NCBI GenBank assembly: GCA_965249555.1
Contig: OZ252243.1
Coordinates: 1,184,001-1,248,000 of the forward strand
Length of the DNA: 64,000 nt
DNA from: Nitrosopumilus sp.
Lineage (GTDB): Archaea; Thermoproteota; Nitrososphaeria; Nitrososphaerales; Nitrosopumilaceae
Direction of reading: 5' to 3'
This document shows, in pieces, positions 19,264-30,839 of the stretch; within the stretch, counting starts at the first letter, position 1; each line of letters starts with the position of its first letter. The notes under the pieces were generated by a model. That model ran no database searches. It saw only the letters and a list, made by a program, of their open reading frames with translations, and had not been told where the DNA came from. Made by a program: the position numbers and the translations under genes.

Positions 19264-20330
19264 AAAAAAATTGGTTTGAAGAACAAACAAAGAAACTCTC
19301 TTCCATTGGAGGCTATCAGAAACCTGAGCTTAATCAGAATGCACTAAAGCTTGATTCCAATGAAAACTATGTAATCTCAAAACAATTTCAAAATGACATT
19401 ATATCCTCGGCAAGAAAAAATTCTGACGTAAGAGAATACCCACTTGGTAGTGTAGAACATTTAATCCAGAGAATATCTAAATTTGTTAAAATGCCTTCAT
19501 CAATGATTGGTGTTGGTAATGGCTCTGATCAAATTTTGGATTTAATACTATCTAATTTTGCATCAAAACAAACCAAAGTTCTTACCTCTAATCCCACTTT
19601 TGGTTTTTTTGAAGAACGATGTAAATTATATTCGATTCCTTTGGTTGCAATCCCATTTTCAAATAATATGAAACTAGATATCAAAGATTTCGTCAAACAA
19701 TCTAAAAATGCAGATATATTGTATCTTGATTCTCCAAACAATCCTACAGGATTTCAATTTTCAAAAAATGAATTACAAAAACTCATCAAATCTTTTGGTG
19801 GCCTTGTGATAATTGATGAGGCTTATGGTGAATTTGGTGACTATTCTTTATCAAGTATGGTAAAAACTCAAAAAAATCTAATTATTGTGCAAACTCTTTC
19901 AAAATCATTTGGCTTGGCTGGACTTAGACTAGGATATTTTATTGCAAATAAAAAATTCACTAGTACCTTTATGAACATCCTTCAGTATCCATACCCTCTA
20001 AGCACCATTACTATTGAATCGGGAATTTTAGCTTTGGACAAATCAAATCTTATGAAAGATGCAGTGACTAACATCAAAATTGAAAGAAAGAGAATTGTTG
20101 AGACTTTGCAGAAATATGATGCCTTTGAAGTCTTTGATTCCAAGGCTAATTTTGTGCTATTTGATGCCAAGGGAATCCACAAACGAGTTTATTCAGCACT
20201 TGCTGAGCAAGGGATTTCAATCCGAAAATTAGGAAAAATAGGAGATCATGAAGGATGTCTTAGAGTGACAATTGGAACGAAAGAAATGAATTCAAAATTT
20301 TTACTAGCTATTCGAGATCTATTGGGATGA
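19260..20330 (+). CDS. hisC: Histidinol-phosphate aminotransferase
   Basis: GNGSDQ, SPNNPTG, DEAYGEF, TLSKSFGLAGLRLG. Confidence 0.95.
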   Translation: MKKNWFEEQTKKLSSIGGYQKPELNQNALKLDSNENYVISKQFQNDIISSARKNSDVREYPLGSVEHLIQRISKFVKMPSSMIGVGNGSDQILDLILSNFASKQTKVLTSNPTFGFFEERCKLYSIPLVAIPFSNNMKLDIKDFVKQSKNADILYLDSPNNPTGFQFSKNELQKLIKSFGGLVIIDEAYGEFGDYSLSSMVKTQKNLIIVQTLSKSFGLAGLRLGYFIANKKFTSTFMNILQYPYPLSTITIESGILALDKSNLMKDAVTNIKIERKRIVETLQKYDAFEVFDSKANFVLFDAKGIHKRVYSALAEQGISIRKLGKIGDHEGCLRVTIGTKEMNSKFLLAIRDLLG

Positions 20331-21301
20331 CTTTAACCAAAAAATCTGAAGGAATCTATATTGATGATTCTGGTATTGATGTTCTAAATAAAATTGATAC
20401 AATAATTTTTGATTGTGATGGTGTTTTAATTGACATTACAAAATCATATGATCAAGCAATAATTAAAACAACTCAATATGTGTTAGAAAATTTTGCAAAA
20501 ATCAATGATACAATAACTGTGGATTATAAAATAATTGATGGATTCAAATCAACAGGTGGATTCAATGACGAAGTTGATCTTACATATGCTGCAATAATCT
20601 CTCTAGTTGCTGCCAAAAAATTAGAAAAAGATCAAACAAGTTTTATCTTTGATGTGATAAAAAACTCTGATTCGAGTGGTATTTCCTCTGTGGAAAAATA
20701 TCTAGCAAATCAAGTTGATATTTCTGATATTAAAAAACAATTATCTTATCCTGGTATGCATCATGATAATTCCCTGTATCAGATATTTGATCAACTTTTT
20801 TATGGACCTGAATTATATCAAAAGTTATTTAACAACACTTCAAAATTTTCTGAATCAGGTTTAATTGAACAAGATGATGTAATTTTAAATAATTCATTAA
20901 TTGAAAGACTATCAAAAAAATTTGATTCAAAAATTGCAATAGTAACTGGAAGAGGAAAAGAATCTGCAAGTCATTCATTAAAGACATTATTGGAGAAATT
21001 TGACTTGAAAAATTCTACATTTCTTGAAGATGAATCAAGAGAACTTGCAAAACCTAACCCTCAATCACTTTTAGATGCAATTAAAGGAATGAATAGCGTC
21101 TCAACTCTGTTTGTTGGAGATTCTATGGAGGATTTTATCATGGCAAAAAAGGCCACTAACTTGGGAAGTAAAACTACTTTTTGCGGAATTATTGGCACAA
21201 GTAAGAATCCTCAAGAAAAACTTGAATTATTTCAGCGTAATGACGCTATTCTAGTATTAAATTCTATCAATCAACTTCCAAAGGTATTAAATTTAGAATA
21301 A
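20327..21301 (+). CDS. HAD hydrolase, probable histidinol-phosphate phosphatase
   Basis: FDCDGVL, VTGR, KPNP, VGDSMED; lies within the his operon. Confidence 0.8.
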   Translation: MTLTKKSEGIYIDDSGIDVLNKIDTIIFDCDGVLIDITKSYDQAIIKTTQYVLENFAKINDTITVDYKIIDGFKSTGGFNDEVDLTYAAIISLVAAKKLEKDQTSFIFDVIKNSDSSGISSVEKYLANQVDISDIKKQLSYPGMHHDNSLYQIFDQLFYGPELYQKLFNNTSKFSESGLIEQDDVILNNSLIERLSKKFDSKIAIVTGRGKESASHSLKTLLEKFDLKNSTFLEDESRELAKPNPQSLLDAIKGMNSVSTLFVGDSMEDFIMAKKATNLGSKTTFCGIIGTSKNPQEKLELFQRNDAILVLNSINQLPKVLNLE

Positions 21302-21327
21302 AGCATATTCCATAACCTGTGATAAAT

Positions 21328-21915
21328 ATGAAACCACGAAAGGCATCAATCAAGCGAAGTACCAAAGAAACTAGCATTCAAGTATCTGTCAACATGGATG
21401 GATCTGGAAAAACAAGCATCAAAACTGGCATCAATTTTCTTGATCACTTGATTGTATCTTTTGGTAAACATGGTATGATGGATCTAAAAGTTGATGCAAA
21501 ATCAAATGATGGAATTGAACACCATCTTATTGAAGATACTGCAATTACCATAGGACAAGCAATAGATAAAGCATTAAGCTCTAGAAATGGAATTACCCGA
21601 TTTAGCTATGCATCTGTTCCAATGGATGAGTCTCTTGCTGAAGCTTCAATTGACTTGGTGAAACGTCCATTTTGGAAGTTAACTTTATCAATTAAACAAA
21701 GTAAAATTGAAGACATCTCCAAAGAAGATCTTGAACACTTTTTCCAATCGCTACTACAAAATCTGAATTGTTGTGTACACCTTACTGTAAAGTATGGAGA
21801 CAATGATCACCACAAAGTAGAATCTGCAATAAAGTCACTTGCTGTTGCATTTAGAAATGCATCTATGATAGATAAAAAACAAAAAGGAATTCCAAGTACA
21901 AAAGGTTCAATGTAA
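21328..21915 (+). CDS. hisB: Imidazoleglycerol-phosphate dehydratase
   Basis: [18 protein letters not shown]. Confidence 0.95.
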   Translation: MKPRKASIKRSTKETSIQVSVNMDGSGKTSIKTGINFLDHLIVSFGKHGMMDLKVDAKSNDGIEHHLIEDTAITIGQAIDKALSSRNGITRFSYASVPMDESLAEASIDLVKRPFWKLTLSIKQSKIEDISKEDLEHFFQSLLQNLNCCVHLTVKYGDNDHHKVESAIKSLAVAFRNASMIDKKQKGIPSTKGSM

Positions 21916-22520
21916 TGGTTAGTGTTGCAATTTTTGATTATGGTGCTGGAAATATTTTCAGCCTCAAGAATTCTCTTGAAAAGGCAGGAGCTTCAGTTGA
22001 TGTAATAACTGATTTTGATGAACCTAATGAATATTCTGGTTTGTTGCTTCCTGGTGTAGGAAACTTTGATCCTGCCATCAAAAGCATAACCAAATACTCC
22101 AACACTGGATTTATGGATTTTGTTAATACTACTCCTGTTCTTGGAATCTGTCTTGGAATGGAGATGTTTTTTGACAAAAGTGAAGAGGGAAAAGAAAAAG
22201 GCTTGGGAATAATTGATGGTGACGTGATTGTTCTTCCATCCTCCATGAAAGTACCCCACATGGGATGGAATGATTTAGAAATAAAAAAACCAAGTAAACT
22301 TTTAGAAGGAGTTGAAAACGGTTCTTGGGTTTATTTTGTCCACTCGTACAGAGTTAAACCAAATTCTAATGACGTAATTACTGCAGAATCAGATTATGGT
22401 CTTAAGGTTCCAGCAGTAGTTGAGAAAGATAACTTTTTTGGAACTCAATTTCACCCAGAAAAATCCGGATCTGTGGGACAAATCATGATAAAGAATTTTC
22501 TTGATGTGTGTAAAAAATGA
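21915..22520 (+). CDS. hisH: IGP synthase amidotransferase subunit
   Basis: PGVG, GICLG, PHMGWN, QFHPEKS. Confidence 0.95.
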   Translation: MVSVAIFDYGAGNIFSLKNSLEKAGASVDVITDFDEPNEYSGLLLPGVGNFDPAIKSITKYSNTGFMDFVNTTPVLGICLGMEMFFDKSEEGKEKGLGIIDGDVIVLPSSMKVPHMGWNDLEIKKPSKLLEGVENGSWVYFVHSYRVKPNSNDVITAESDYGLKVPAVVEKDNFFGTQFHPEKSGSVGQIMIKNFLDVCKK

Positions 22521-23224
22521 AAATTATTCCTGCAATTGATCTAATGAATGGACAAGTGGTTCGACTTTACAAAGGTGATCCAAAACAGAAAACAGTGTAT
22601 AGTGATAACCCTGTTGAAACTGCAAAAAAATGGGAAGCAAACGGTGCTGATATGTTGCATATTGTGGATTTGGATGCAACTTTAGGAATAGGTACAAACA
22701 TTTCAATTATCAAAAAGATACTCGAAAAAGTATCTATCCCTGTTGAAGTTGCTGGAGGTCTACGAGATGAATCATTAATTTTAGATGTTGCTAAAATTTC
22801 AAATAGAGTAGTAATTGGAACTTTGGCCTTTAAAGACAAAGAACTTCTTAAAAAACTGCTTTTGTCCTTAGGATCTGAAAAAATTGTAATTTCAGTTGAT
22901 CATATTGATGGTGAAATAGTAATCAATGGCTGGCAAGATAGAACTGGAATTAAATTAATTGATGCTATCAAAGAATTTCTTGAGATGGGATTTACTGAAT
23001 TTTTACTGACAAATGTAAGTCGTGATGGTACTATGGACGGTCCTGACTTGGAATTTTTAGAGCAATCTTGTAACTTGGACAAAACTAATGTTATTGCTAG
23101 TGGTGGCATTTCAAATATTGTTGATATTAAAGATGTGAAAGAAAAGAATGCGTTTGGAGTAATTCTTGGAAAAGCACTATATGAGAACAAAATTTCAATT
23201 GAGGAAGCAAAAAAATTATCATGA
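22517..23224 (+). CDS. hisA: ProFAR isomerase
   Basis: [28 protein letters not shown]. Confidence 0.95.
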   Translation: MKIIPAIDLMNGQVVRLYKGDPKQKTVYSDNPVETAKKWEANGADMLHIVDLDATLGIGTNISIIKKILEKVSIPVEVAGGLRDESLILDVAKISNRVVIGTLAFKDKELLKKLLLSLGSEKIVISVDHIDGEIVINGWQDRTGIKLIDAIKEFLEMGFTEFLLTNVSRDGTMDGPDLEFLEQSCNLDKTNVIASGGISNIVDIKDVKEKNAFGVILGKALYENKISIEEAKKLS

Positions 23225-24024
23225 CTTTAACTAAAAGAATTATCCCATGTCTGGATGTCAAAAATGGTAGAGTTGTTAAAGGATTACATTTTGAATCAAT
23301 TAAAGATGCAGGTGATCCTGTTGAACTGGCTAAAAAATACAGTAATGAAGGAGCCGATGAGCTTGTATTTTTAGATATTACTGCATCTGATGAACAAAGA
23401 GAAACAATCAAAGATTTAGTACGAAAAGTTGCATCAGTAATTGATATTCCATTCACTGTAGGTGGCGGTGTAAAATCAATAGACGATGCAAGAAATATTC
23501 TTCTTAATGGAGCTGACAAAGTTGGAATCAATACAGGAGCTATAAAAAACCCAAAAGTGATCACTGAGTTGATGGAATTATTTGGACGTCAATGTATTGT
23601 AGTTGCAATTGATGCCAAAAGAAACTATGACATTAAAGACGATGTGACTATTTTTTCAGAAAACAACAAAAAATTTTGGTTTGAAATTTTCATTTATGGT
23701 GGCAAACAAGAAACTGGAATTGATGTTATTGAATGGGCAAAAAAAGCAGAACGTCTTGGGGCTGGAGAAATTCTTCTAACCAGTATTGATAAAGATGGTA
23801 CTAAAGATGGATATGATATTTTACTCACAAAGTCAATTGTTGACTCTGTATCTATTCCTGTAATTGCTTCTGGTGGTTGTGGAAAACCAAGTGATATGGT
23901 TGATGTGTTTAAAGAATCTAATGTTGATGCTGCTTTGGCTGCTTCAATTTTTCACTATGAAACTCATGGTGTAAAAGGAGTCAAAACATACCTTAAAGAA
24001 AAAGAAATTCCTGTAAGGTTATAA
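23221..24024 (+). CDS. hisF: IGP synthase cyclase subunit
   Basis: [31 protein letters not shown]. Confidence 0.95.
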   Translation: MTLTKRIIPCLDVKNGRVVKGLHFESIKDAGDPVELAKKYSNEGADELVFLDITASDEQRETIKDLVRKVASVIDIPFTVGGGVKSIDDARNILLNGADKVGINTGAIKNPKVITELMELFGRQCIVVAIDAKRNYDIKDDVTIFSENNKKFWFEIFIYGGKQETGIDVIEWAKKAERLGAGEILLTSIDKDGTKDGYDILLTKSIVDSVSIPVIASGGCGKPSDMVDVFKESNVDAALAASIFHYETHGVKGVKTYLKEKEIPVRL

Positions 24025-24046
24025 GACCTGTTTTTAATTTTAAAAT

Positions 24047-24376
24047 ATGCAAAAAACAATTGATGATATAGATTTTGAGAAAAGTGGCGGCCTAGTTCCA
24101 GTGATAGTTCAAGATGCAAACACAAAGGATGTTCTAACTCTAGCTTATACAAACAAAGAATCTTTAGAGCTTGCAAAAAAAACTGGGAACTCTTGGTTTT
24201 GGAGTCGTTCAAGAAACAAGCTTTGGATGAAAGGTGAAGAGTCAGGAAACACTCAAAAAATTAAAGAAATTTTAGTTGACTGTGATTCTGATGCAATTAT
24301 TTATCTTGTTGAACCGTCTGGACCTGCTTGTCATCTAGGTGAGAATGTTTGCTTTCATAACAATTTAGAAAAATAA
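24047..24376 (+). CDS. hisI: Phosphoribosyl-AMP cyclohydrolase
   Basis: SRSR..LW.KGEESG, DCDSD, ACH.G...CF. Confidence 0.95.
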   Translation: MQKTIDDIDFEKSGGLVPVIVQDANTKDVLTLAYTNKESLELAKKTGNSWFWSRSRNKLWMKGEESGNTQKIKEILVDCDSDAIIYLVEPSGPACHLGENVCFHNNLEK

Positions 24377-24377
24377 G

Positions 24378-24956
24378 TTAACATACGGGTTCAAACTTGT
24401 CTTCAGTTCCTGGAAGAAAGTCTTTAGTTATTTTAAATTCTAAATTTGGATAATCTGTTCCTCTAAATACAACTTTCCAATCTCCAACTAAATCACCTAC
24501 AGTACAAAGTCCTTTAACTCTTGAAAGTGATGGTGGAAAATAATAATTGAATGATGATTTAATGCTGCCATCAAACGGGATAGTAAGATAAACTGAATAA
24601 TGTGTACTATTTAATGGTCTAAGAAAAGCAATCTGTCCTTTTTCTTCAGGACCTAATGCTCCAATTCTTACAAAAACTTTTTCTCCTAAAATGTATTCAC
24701 TACGATCAATTTGGAATGGTCCTGAAGTTATCCATTCGGCTGGTTTTGGTGAATATTTATTTTCTAAATTTGCTTTTTCAATCTCATCCAACTTTTTTTG
24801 AATTTCTGATGTAATCTCCTCACTTGGTGTTAATTTCCCATCTAGAGCATTTTCTACTTCCATTTTATTATCTTCTTGATTACTTGTTGCAATTATCCCT
24901 ACAATTACAATTATTATTCCAACTACAATTGGAATTGCAACTTTACTATTTCTCAC
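24378..24956 (-). CDS. Thaumarchaeal-type membrane-anchored hypothetical protein
   Basis: N-terminal TM; WITSGPFQIDRSEY motif. Confidence 0.7.
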   Translation of the reverse strand: MRNSKVAIPIVVGIIIVIVGIIATSNQEDNKMEVENALDGKLTPSEEITSEIQKKLDEIEKANLENKYSPKPAEWITSGPFQIDRSEYILGEKVFVRIGALGPEEKGQIAFLRPLNSTHYSVYLTIPFDGSIKSSFNYYFPPSLSRVKGLCTVGDLVGDWKVVFRGTDYPNLEFKITKDFLPGTEDKFEPVC

Positions 24957-25091
24957 AACAATATTTTTTCAAAAATCACTAAAAACCTTACTGATGAATA
25001 TAGAAATATCTGACAAATGGGCACAACAATAAATCTGAACGAAGTCATACTATCCTATTAATGAATAATAGTAAACAGCGATCATCTTTTA

Positions 25092-25119
25092 TGGATCATG
25101 CGATCTATACTATGATCCA
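25092..25119. promoter_or_regulatory. Inverted repeat, candidate operator
   Basis: TGGATCAT-N12-ATGATCCA upstream of the HicB-like gene. Confidence 0.35.
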
Positions 25120-25176
25120 GATGAACTATAGTCCTGAGATTCATATAGGTGTGGATTCCCTGTGAGTGTGAAGAAA

Positions 25177-25356
25177 ATGAGTACCACTAAAAGTCTATTA
25201 CCATCAAACGCAACTTACATGATTTCTCCATTATCTAAAGGATATATGGCAAAATGTGAAATAAGACCCGAAATTTCTGTTTATGGTGATACTAGAACTG
25301 AAGCACTTGAAAAAATCGAGTCGGCTATTACAGAATATGAAAAGATATTCAAATAG
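25177..25356 (+). CDS. HicB-like antitoxin domain protein
   Basis: GY.A.C...P.ISVYGDT..EAL..I..AI pattern. Confidence 0.65.
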   Translation: MSTTKSLLPSNATYMISPLSKGYMAKCEIRPEISVYGDTRTEALEKIESAITEYEKIFK

Positions 25357-25726
25357 TGCAAAATAATATACCTTACAATACTTGATTCTATAACCTTGAC
25401 ACAATATGTTCGTGATAGAATACTTTTGGTTCTAGAACATGTAGGGATATACTGTGTTAAGCGGCAACACTGATGCTCCTGTATATTATTTACAACATAA
25501 ACACTCAGGCAATATATTGTTGCTAGACAAAGAACCTGATAAATTTCCTGCTGATTACGTGCAAAGTAAAATTAAAACAACAGGTATGAATTTTTCTGTA
25601 TTCCAATATCTTTATGAAGAATCTAAAGAAAAACATTACAAATTAATTTTAACACAAAGTGATAAAGATACTTTAATTAATTTATTAAAAGGAAGAGACA
25701 TTCCAGAAAAACATTCAAAAATAAAA

Positions 25727-26209
25727 TTAATTATTTAACACATCTAAAAATCTAATATAACTTTTACAATTCTTTAATTTTTTACAATCAAGCTTTCTTA
25801 CATATCTTGGTAAATTTCTCTTTTCATATCTTTCTTTATGTTTTAACACTTTAGCTGGTTTATCGTTATATTTTAAATCTAATACATGACAAATCCATTC
25901 TTCTATTTCATGATCAAACAAATGAATTTTTAATTTATTATGATATTCTTGTTTTATTTTTCTATACAACTCACCATTAACTTTGGTGACATCTTGCCCA
26001 TGTGCATCTAATATCAACAATACAAAATCATCATTGCTCTTAATGAAATTTCCAATTAATTTATTTAGTTTGGGTATATTTCTAGTACACGATATAAATT
26101 TACGAGGAGTTGGTATATTGTGTAATGCTCTCTCTTCTTTCTTTTTGATAAAAAACTCAGGCCAAAAATATTCACCATATGCATCTTCAACAAGACAGGA
26201 AAACGTCAT
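25727..26209 (-). CDS. TOPRIM-like partner of an ABC ATPase (DUF4276/RloB-like)
   Basis: LVED, ILDAH, HEIEEW motifs; overlaps the ATPase stop (ATGA). Confidence 0.6.
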   Translation of the reverse strand: MTFSCLVEDAYGEYFWPEFFIKKKEERALHNIPTPRKFISCTRNIPKLNKLIGNFIKSNDDFVLLILDAHGQDVTKVNGELYRKIKQEYHNKLKIHLFDHEIEEWICHVLDLKYNDKPAKVLKHKERYEKRNLPRYVRKLDCKKLKNCKSYIRFLDVLNN

Positions 26210-27501
26210 AGATTTCCATCAAAATATGTGTCGCTAAAAGTCATATTGATATCAACTAATTGTTTTGTTAATTCTTCAATATTTTCAACATGCCTAAAAC
26301 TACTAGATGAACCAACACGTTCAGCAAGTATAATGTCACCAAGATCACATGCATTCATTACTTGTGGTGAATGTGTGGTCATAAACACAATAGTATCTTC
26401 ACAATTATTGCATTCATCTATAATATAGCGGATTATATCATAATGCAGTGAGTTTTCAATCTCATCAATTAGTAATATTTTGGGCTTGGTATGTAGTGCT
26501 GCTAAAATAAAAATTAGTTTCAATAATCCATCTGGAAGATTTTTTGGTACATATGTTCTCCCATCATGTGTTACAATTAATGTGATTATGCCTTCTTGAT
26601 TAAGATTAAAACCTAATTCCCATCCTGGAAATAATGTTTGTATTGCATTTTCAATAATACTTGGAAATCTATTATTGTTTTGTTTAAACCAATTATATAA
26701 CAAATTAATCAAACCATTGCCATCTTCTTCTAATAATTGATGACCATGAAGTGTTGAAGTACGTACATCACAAATAGATTTTACATAAACCCCGTTGAAA
26801 AAATTTAATGAATTCAAAATGTGACTAAATAATATCTCCGGGAAATTATTCTTAGATGGAATCATATCAGAAACTATTGCCATGTTATTATTTAACGAAC
26901 CATATGCAAAATCATTATCATGAGTAAATCCAGAACTATGTATAAAATTCAAAATTGATACTGAATCTCCAATTGTTGATTCTTGAAAGCTGTTATTTAA
27001 TAATGATTTAAGAAGTTTACTTTCTAGCCCATCTAAATTTGGTATCTGAGGTTTTTCTAATTTGTCTATTAATCTTTGAGGATACTGTATAATGAGTTTA
27101 TGATGTTGTCTATCCATGATAAATACATCTGGTACATTCAAACGTTCAAAAAGAAAATTTACTGATTCATTTATGCCATTTATTTTTGCATGATAGTGAA
27201 ATGAATATTTGTCAACTTTGCCAATAATTTCAAACTCTATAATTTGTTCAGGATCAAGTCTATGACTGATGTTTTGATATCCTCCCCATCTACTAAATGG
27301 ATATGATGGTGACATATTAGGCGAAATAATTTTTTGTAGTAACACAAAAAATTCAAGATAATTTGTTTTACCTGAACCATTAGGACCAATTAGTACATTT
27401 AATTTGTTTAATGATACGTCTGTCTCCCTTAGGCTTTTAAAACCATTAACTTTAACCTGTTCTATTTTTAGCATATTGAATTTAGAAAAATCATCAATCA
27501 T
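26206..27501 (-). CDS. AAA_21/ABC-type ATPase
   Basis: GFKSL, GPNGSGKT, LPDG signature, LLIDEIENSLH, TTHSP. Confidence 0.85.
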   Translation of the reverse strand: MIDDFSKFNMLKIEQVKVNGFKSLRETDVSLNKLNVLIGPNGSGKTNYLEFFVLLQKIISPNMSPSYPFSRWGGYQNISHRLDPEQIIEFEIIGKVDKYSFHYHAKINGINESVNFLFERLNVPDVFIMDRQHHKLIIQYPQRLIDKLEKPQIPNLDGLESKLLKSLLNNSFQESTIGDSVSILNFIHSSGFTHDNDFAYGSLNNNMAIVSDMIPSKNNFPEILFSHILNSLNFFNGVYVKSICDVRTSTLHGHQLLEEDGNGLINLLYNWFKQNNNRFPSIIENAIQTLFPGWELGFNLNQEGIITLIVTHDGRTYVPKNLPDGLLKLIFILAALHTKPKILLIDEIENSLHYDIIRYIIDECNNCEDTIVFMTTHSPQVMNACDLGDIILAERVGSSSSFRHVENIEELTKQLVDINMTFSDTYFDGNL

Positions 27502-27619
27502 TTATATATAGATCGTTTGTTTGACTTTAAATTCAATCATGACTTGAATTTTTCTTTCAAGCTTGGCATATTATCATACAATTTTTTTGTAAATTCTACA
27601 AACTCTTTAGATTCTTGTA

Positions 27620-28646
27620 TAGCGAAGAGTCAAAGTTCGTGAACTAAAAATCATCAAAACAAAACACTTTTTGATCACCACACACAATGAAACACATGAA
27701 CAAGTTAGAACAGCTTGAAGCAGCATACAAAGAGGGTAAGGAATTAGAGTACACCGCACAAACACCATACCGCTGTACAAACTGGGTACGCAAATGGGTT
27801 GATCGTTTTAAAGTAGATGGCCTCTACGATCACCCAAGGAGTGGAGGATCATGCGTAATCCCAAAGAAGCAAATGAATTCTATCATGCTCAAAATTATGT
27901 TGACACTATTTACACCTGTAATGCTGCAGCAGACAATATTTGATTCTACTGGAATAAAATTTCACATAACACATGTCAGAAGAATAATGCGCCGGTATGG
28001 AATGTCTGCTAAAACTGCACAAAAATATCACATCAATCATGCAAGTGCAACAGCCGTGCGCAGCTGGGCAGCAACGCATGAAAAAGAGAATTCCACGCCT
28101 AAAAAAGAGTGGATTCACCATTGCAATGCTTGATGAGGCATTCTTTGTTAGGGATGTAAAAGCAGGACGAAAATATTGGTCACCAGTTGCCAAAAGAATA
28201 TTTCTCCTATATGTGGGAAACCATGAAAGTTTGGCAGTGTATGGAACAGTTACAATCAATGGGGCCAACTGTTTAGAATTTATAAAAAATTCAACGGCAT
28301 AACATTTGTAGAATATCTAAAAGAGTTACACTACAAATATGGTAAAATTGCGTTGATACTTGACAGGGCATCAGTGCACAAATCAAAGAAGGTCAAGGAC
28401 TTTTTGACAGATAATCCAGATGTTAGACTGATTTGGCTACCAAAAGGATCACCATATCTAAACATGATAGAGCAGTGTTGGAAAATAGGCAAGCATGTGT
28501 TGTTGGTATCAGAATATTATGCAATGTTTACAATAATGAATAATGTAGTGTCACAATACTTTGGAACAGAAAAATTCAAACTTGATGTTGTTAATTATAT
28601 TTTTAGAAATCCTGCAAAGATGTTCACGAACTTTTGATCGTCGCTA
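27620..28646 (+). mobile_element. IS630-family element, frameshifted
   Basis: IRs TAGCGAAGAGTCAAAGTTCGTGAAC / GTTCACGAACTTTTGATCGTCGCTA flanked by TA; LDEA, LDRASVH, SPYLNMIE..W. Confidence 0.9.
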
Positions 28647-28742
28647 TAACAATGCTTATTCGTTAAAAATTTATCAGCATATAGATATTCAGAACCCAGG
28701 GATATCACAATATCTAGTTGGTTTAAGCAAATGTTTTGATTA

Positions 28743-29228
28743 TTATATTGTTATGTTATAATGAACTAGTGTAATTAATAAAATAAATATAAATAAAAAA
28801 AACAATCCTAACATCAAAGACATGCTAGCATAAACCAAAACATCAGTTCGTTTATTATTTTTATTAGTTACTTCATCAATTGTTATTTTATAAATTCTAA
28901 TTAAACCAAAAATTATTTTCTTTTCATTATTTTCTAGATCAGCATCTCTATCTATTTCTATGTTAGTTTCTTTTATGGATGTTTTAAAAATACTAAATAT
29001 AGAAATGATTAAAGATAGTATAATTGAAATTGTGGACACAGTTAATATTATTAAATACTGTGAAGCTAATTCCATTATAAAACTAATTCCGATAAAAACA
29101 ACAGATAATAATATACCATTAATTTGCAAAAAATTTTGAGATTTGCGATTTAATTCAGTCCAGTTAGATAATTGTCGGTTATACTGATCCTTGACTTCTT
29201 CTAGAAGAATCTCCTCACTTGTCTTCAT
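28743..29228 (-). CDS. 3-TM membrane protein
   Basis: LNRKSQNFLQINGILL followed by three TM helices; topology resembles PycTM/SLATT-type effectors. Confidence 0.65.
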   Translation of the reverse strand: MKTSEEILLEEVKDQYNRQLSNWTELNRKSQNFLQINGILLSVVFIGISFIMELASQYLIILTVSTISIILSLIISIFSIFKTSIKETNIEIDRDADLENNEKKIIFGLIRIYKITIDEVTNKNNKRTDVLVYASMSLMLGLFFLFIFILLITLVHYNITI

Positions 29229-29322
29229 CTTTGGATTTTTTTTCTGTGTGGTATATTTCTTTAAATATTCGTTTTGTACCCATAGTTACACCCTTTACAG
29301 GTTCTTCGGTATCTTCACTCAT
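29215..29322 (-). CDS. 35-aa small protein
   Basis: MSEDTEEPVKGVTMGTKRIFKEIYHTEKKSKDEDK; paralog at 33593. Confidence 0.6.
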   Translation of the reverse strand: MSEDTEEPVKGVTMGTKRIFKEIYHTEKKSKDEDK

Positions 29323-29430
29323 TATAATTACATATTATGTGATGATATTTATATGATTTAATTTTTTTAGTAGTGATTCTATTTTACACCATCCATTTAT
29401 TATAAAATGATAGTTGGAATATCAGTCCTA

Positions 29431-29503
29431 TAGCGAAGAGTCAAAGTTCGTGAACTAAAGATCATCAAAACAAAAGACTTTTTGATCACCACACACAATG
29501 AAA
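29431..29503 (+). mobile_element. IS630 left-end fragment
   Basis: Copy of about 27620-27692, ending at GTATGTATC (IS66 IR start). Confidence 0.85.
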
Positions 29504-29508
29504 GTATG

Positions 29509-30839
29509 TATCCATGTGAATTGTTTTTATACATTTCCCACTTTTTTGCATCCCAAGGCATAGCTTTCGCTAGGGAATGCTTTCAATCAAAAGATGACGG
29601 ACATGTATCCATACGAGGCTTCTTCCTCAATGCTATCTTCATCCCTTCGTTAGGACCTATCCGCAGTTATCAACCGAGGCTTGTCCCTCAACATCTAAAA
29701 CGCGACTTGCAGTCCTAACTGTAATTCTGTACAAATTCTCTCCTCTCTTTTAGCATCCAGTAAATCACTCGCAGGATCTTTGATGATGCGGCAATTGCGG
29801 CCTTTGATGAGCCTCTCTTTTTCTTAATGCGATTGTAAAATTTTGTAATGTCACTGTTCTTGTCATGTATTGCATGAGTATGGACGCATTGGACAAGGAT
29901 CCATCGTAGTGTCATGCTTCCTCTTTTGGTTATGCTGCCATGGTGTATCGTGTCTGCAGAGTTTCTAACTGATGGCACGACTCCTGCATATGCGCATAAC
30001 TTGTGAGAGTCATTGAATCGGTCAATATCTGCAATTTCTGATGCGATAACTAGTGACGAGTAGTCACCAATTCCTGGCATTGATTTTATTATCATGGCAT
30101 CAGGACTGGTCTTTACAGCAGCATACACTTTTGAATTAATATCTGCAATTTGCAGATTAAGATAGTCTATCTGTCGTACAAATCCATCTATGCGATAGTC
30201 ACCCAGGGAGGTGAGTCTTCTGTTGTATGTTACAGTGAACGTGACTCCTGGTATCTTGATTCCCTCCTCAACAAAATTCCATGGACAGAATTTTTGAGAG
30301 ATGTTCTAAACTGAACGAGTTTTTTTCTGTATCTTACCAGCTGGCGATGTTTTACTATCTTTTTGTTTGGAACATGGCATGTTGCAATGTATCCCCCGCG
30401 CAAAAGATCTGCCAGTATCCTGGCATCAATCTTGTCTGTCTTCTTTTTTGATGCAGCTATTGCCTTTGTAAGATACGGGTTTGACAGTATTACGTTTTTG
30501 TATCCCAATTCATCTGTAAGAAATCTATACGTGTTATACCAAACTGATGATGATTCCATGACAATGTTTGCATGAATCGGTATGTCTGTAAAATGTTTCC
30601 TGATTGATTCATGAGTGTTCTCAACTTTTATGTTTTGTAATATCTTTCCGTCATTATCCATTGTTGCCACTTGAAGAAATTTCTTGTGCAAGTCAATGCC
30701 AACATACATGCCCTTGTCTTTTTTTCCCCTAATCTGTTTCTTTGGACTTTTCTTTGAGGACGATGGATTACGACTCCTGGACTTGGGTTCATTTCCTATG
30801 CTATCTGAATTCCTTCTTTTTGTATTCACATATAGTTAT
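29509..30839 (-). mobile_element. IS110/IS1111-like element (type A), copy 2, frameshifted
   Basis: Homologous to 10763-12063 with both ends present. Confidence 0.9.

Noticed and set aside
17015-24376. No separate hisE in the his cluster
   Set aside because: The activity may be encoded elsewhere; this cannot be judged from one window.
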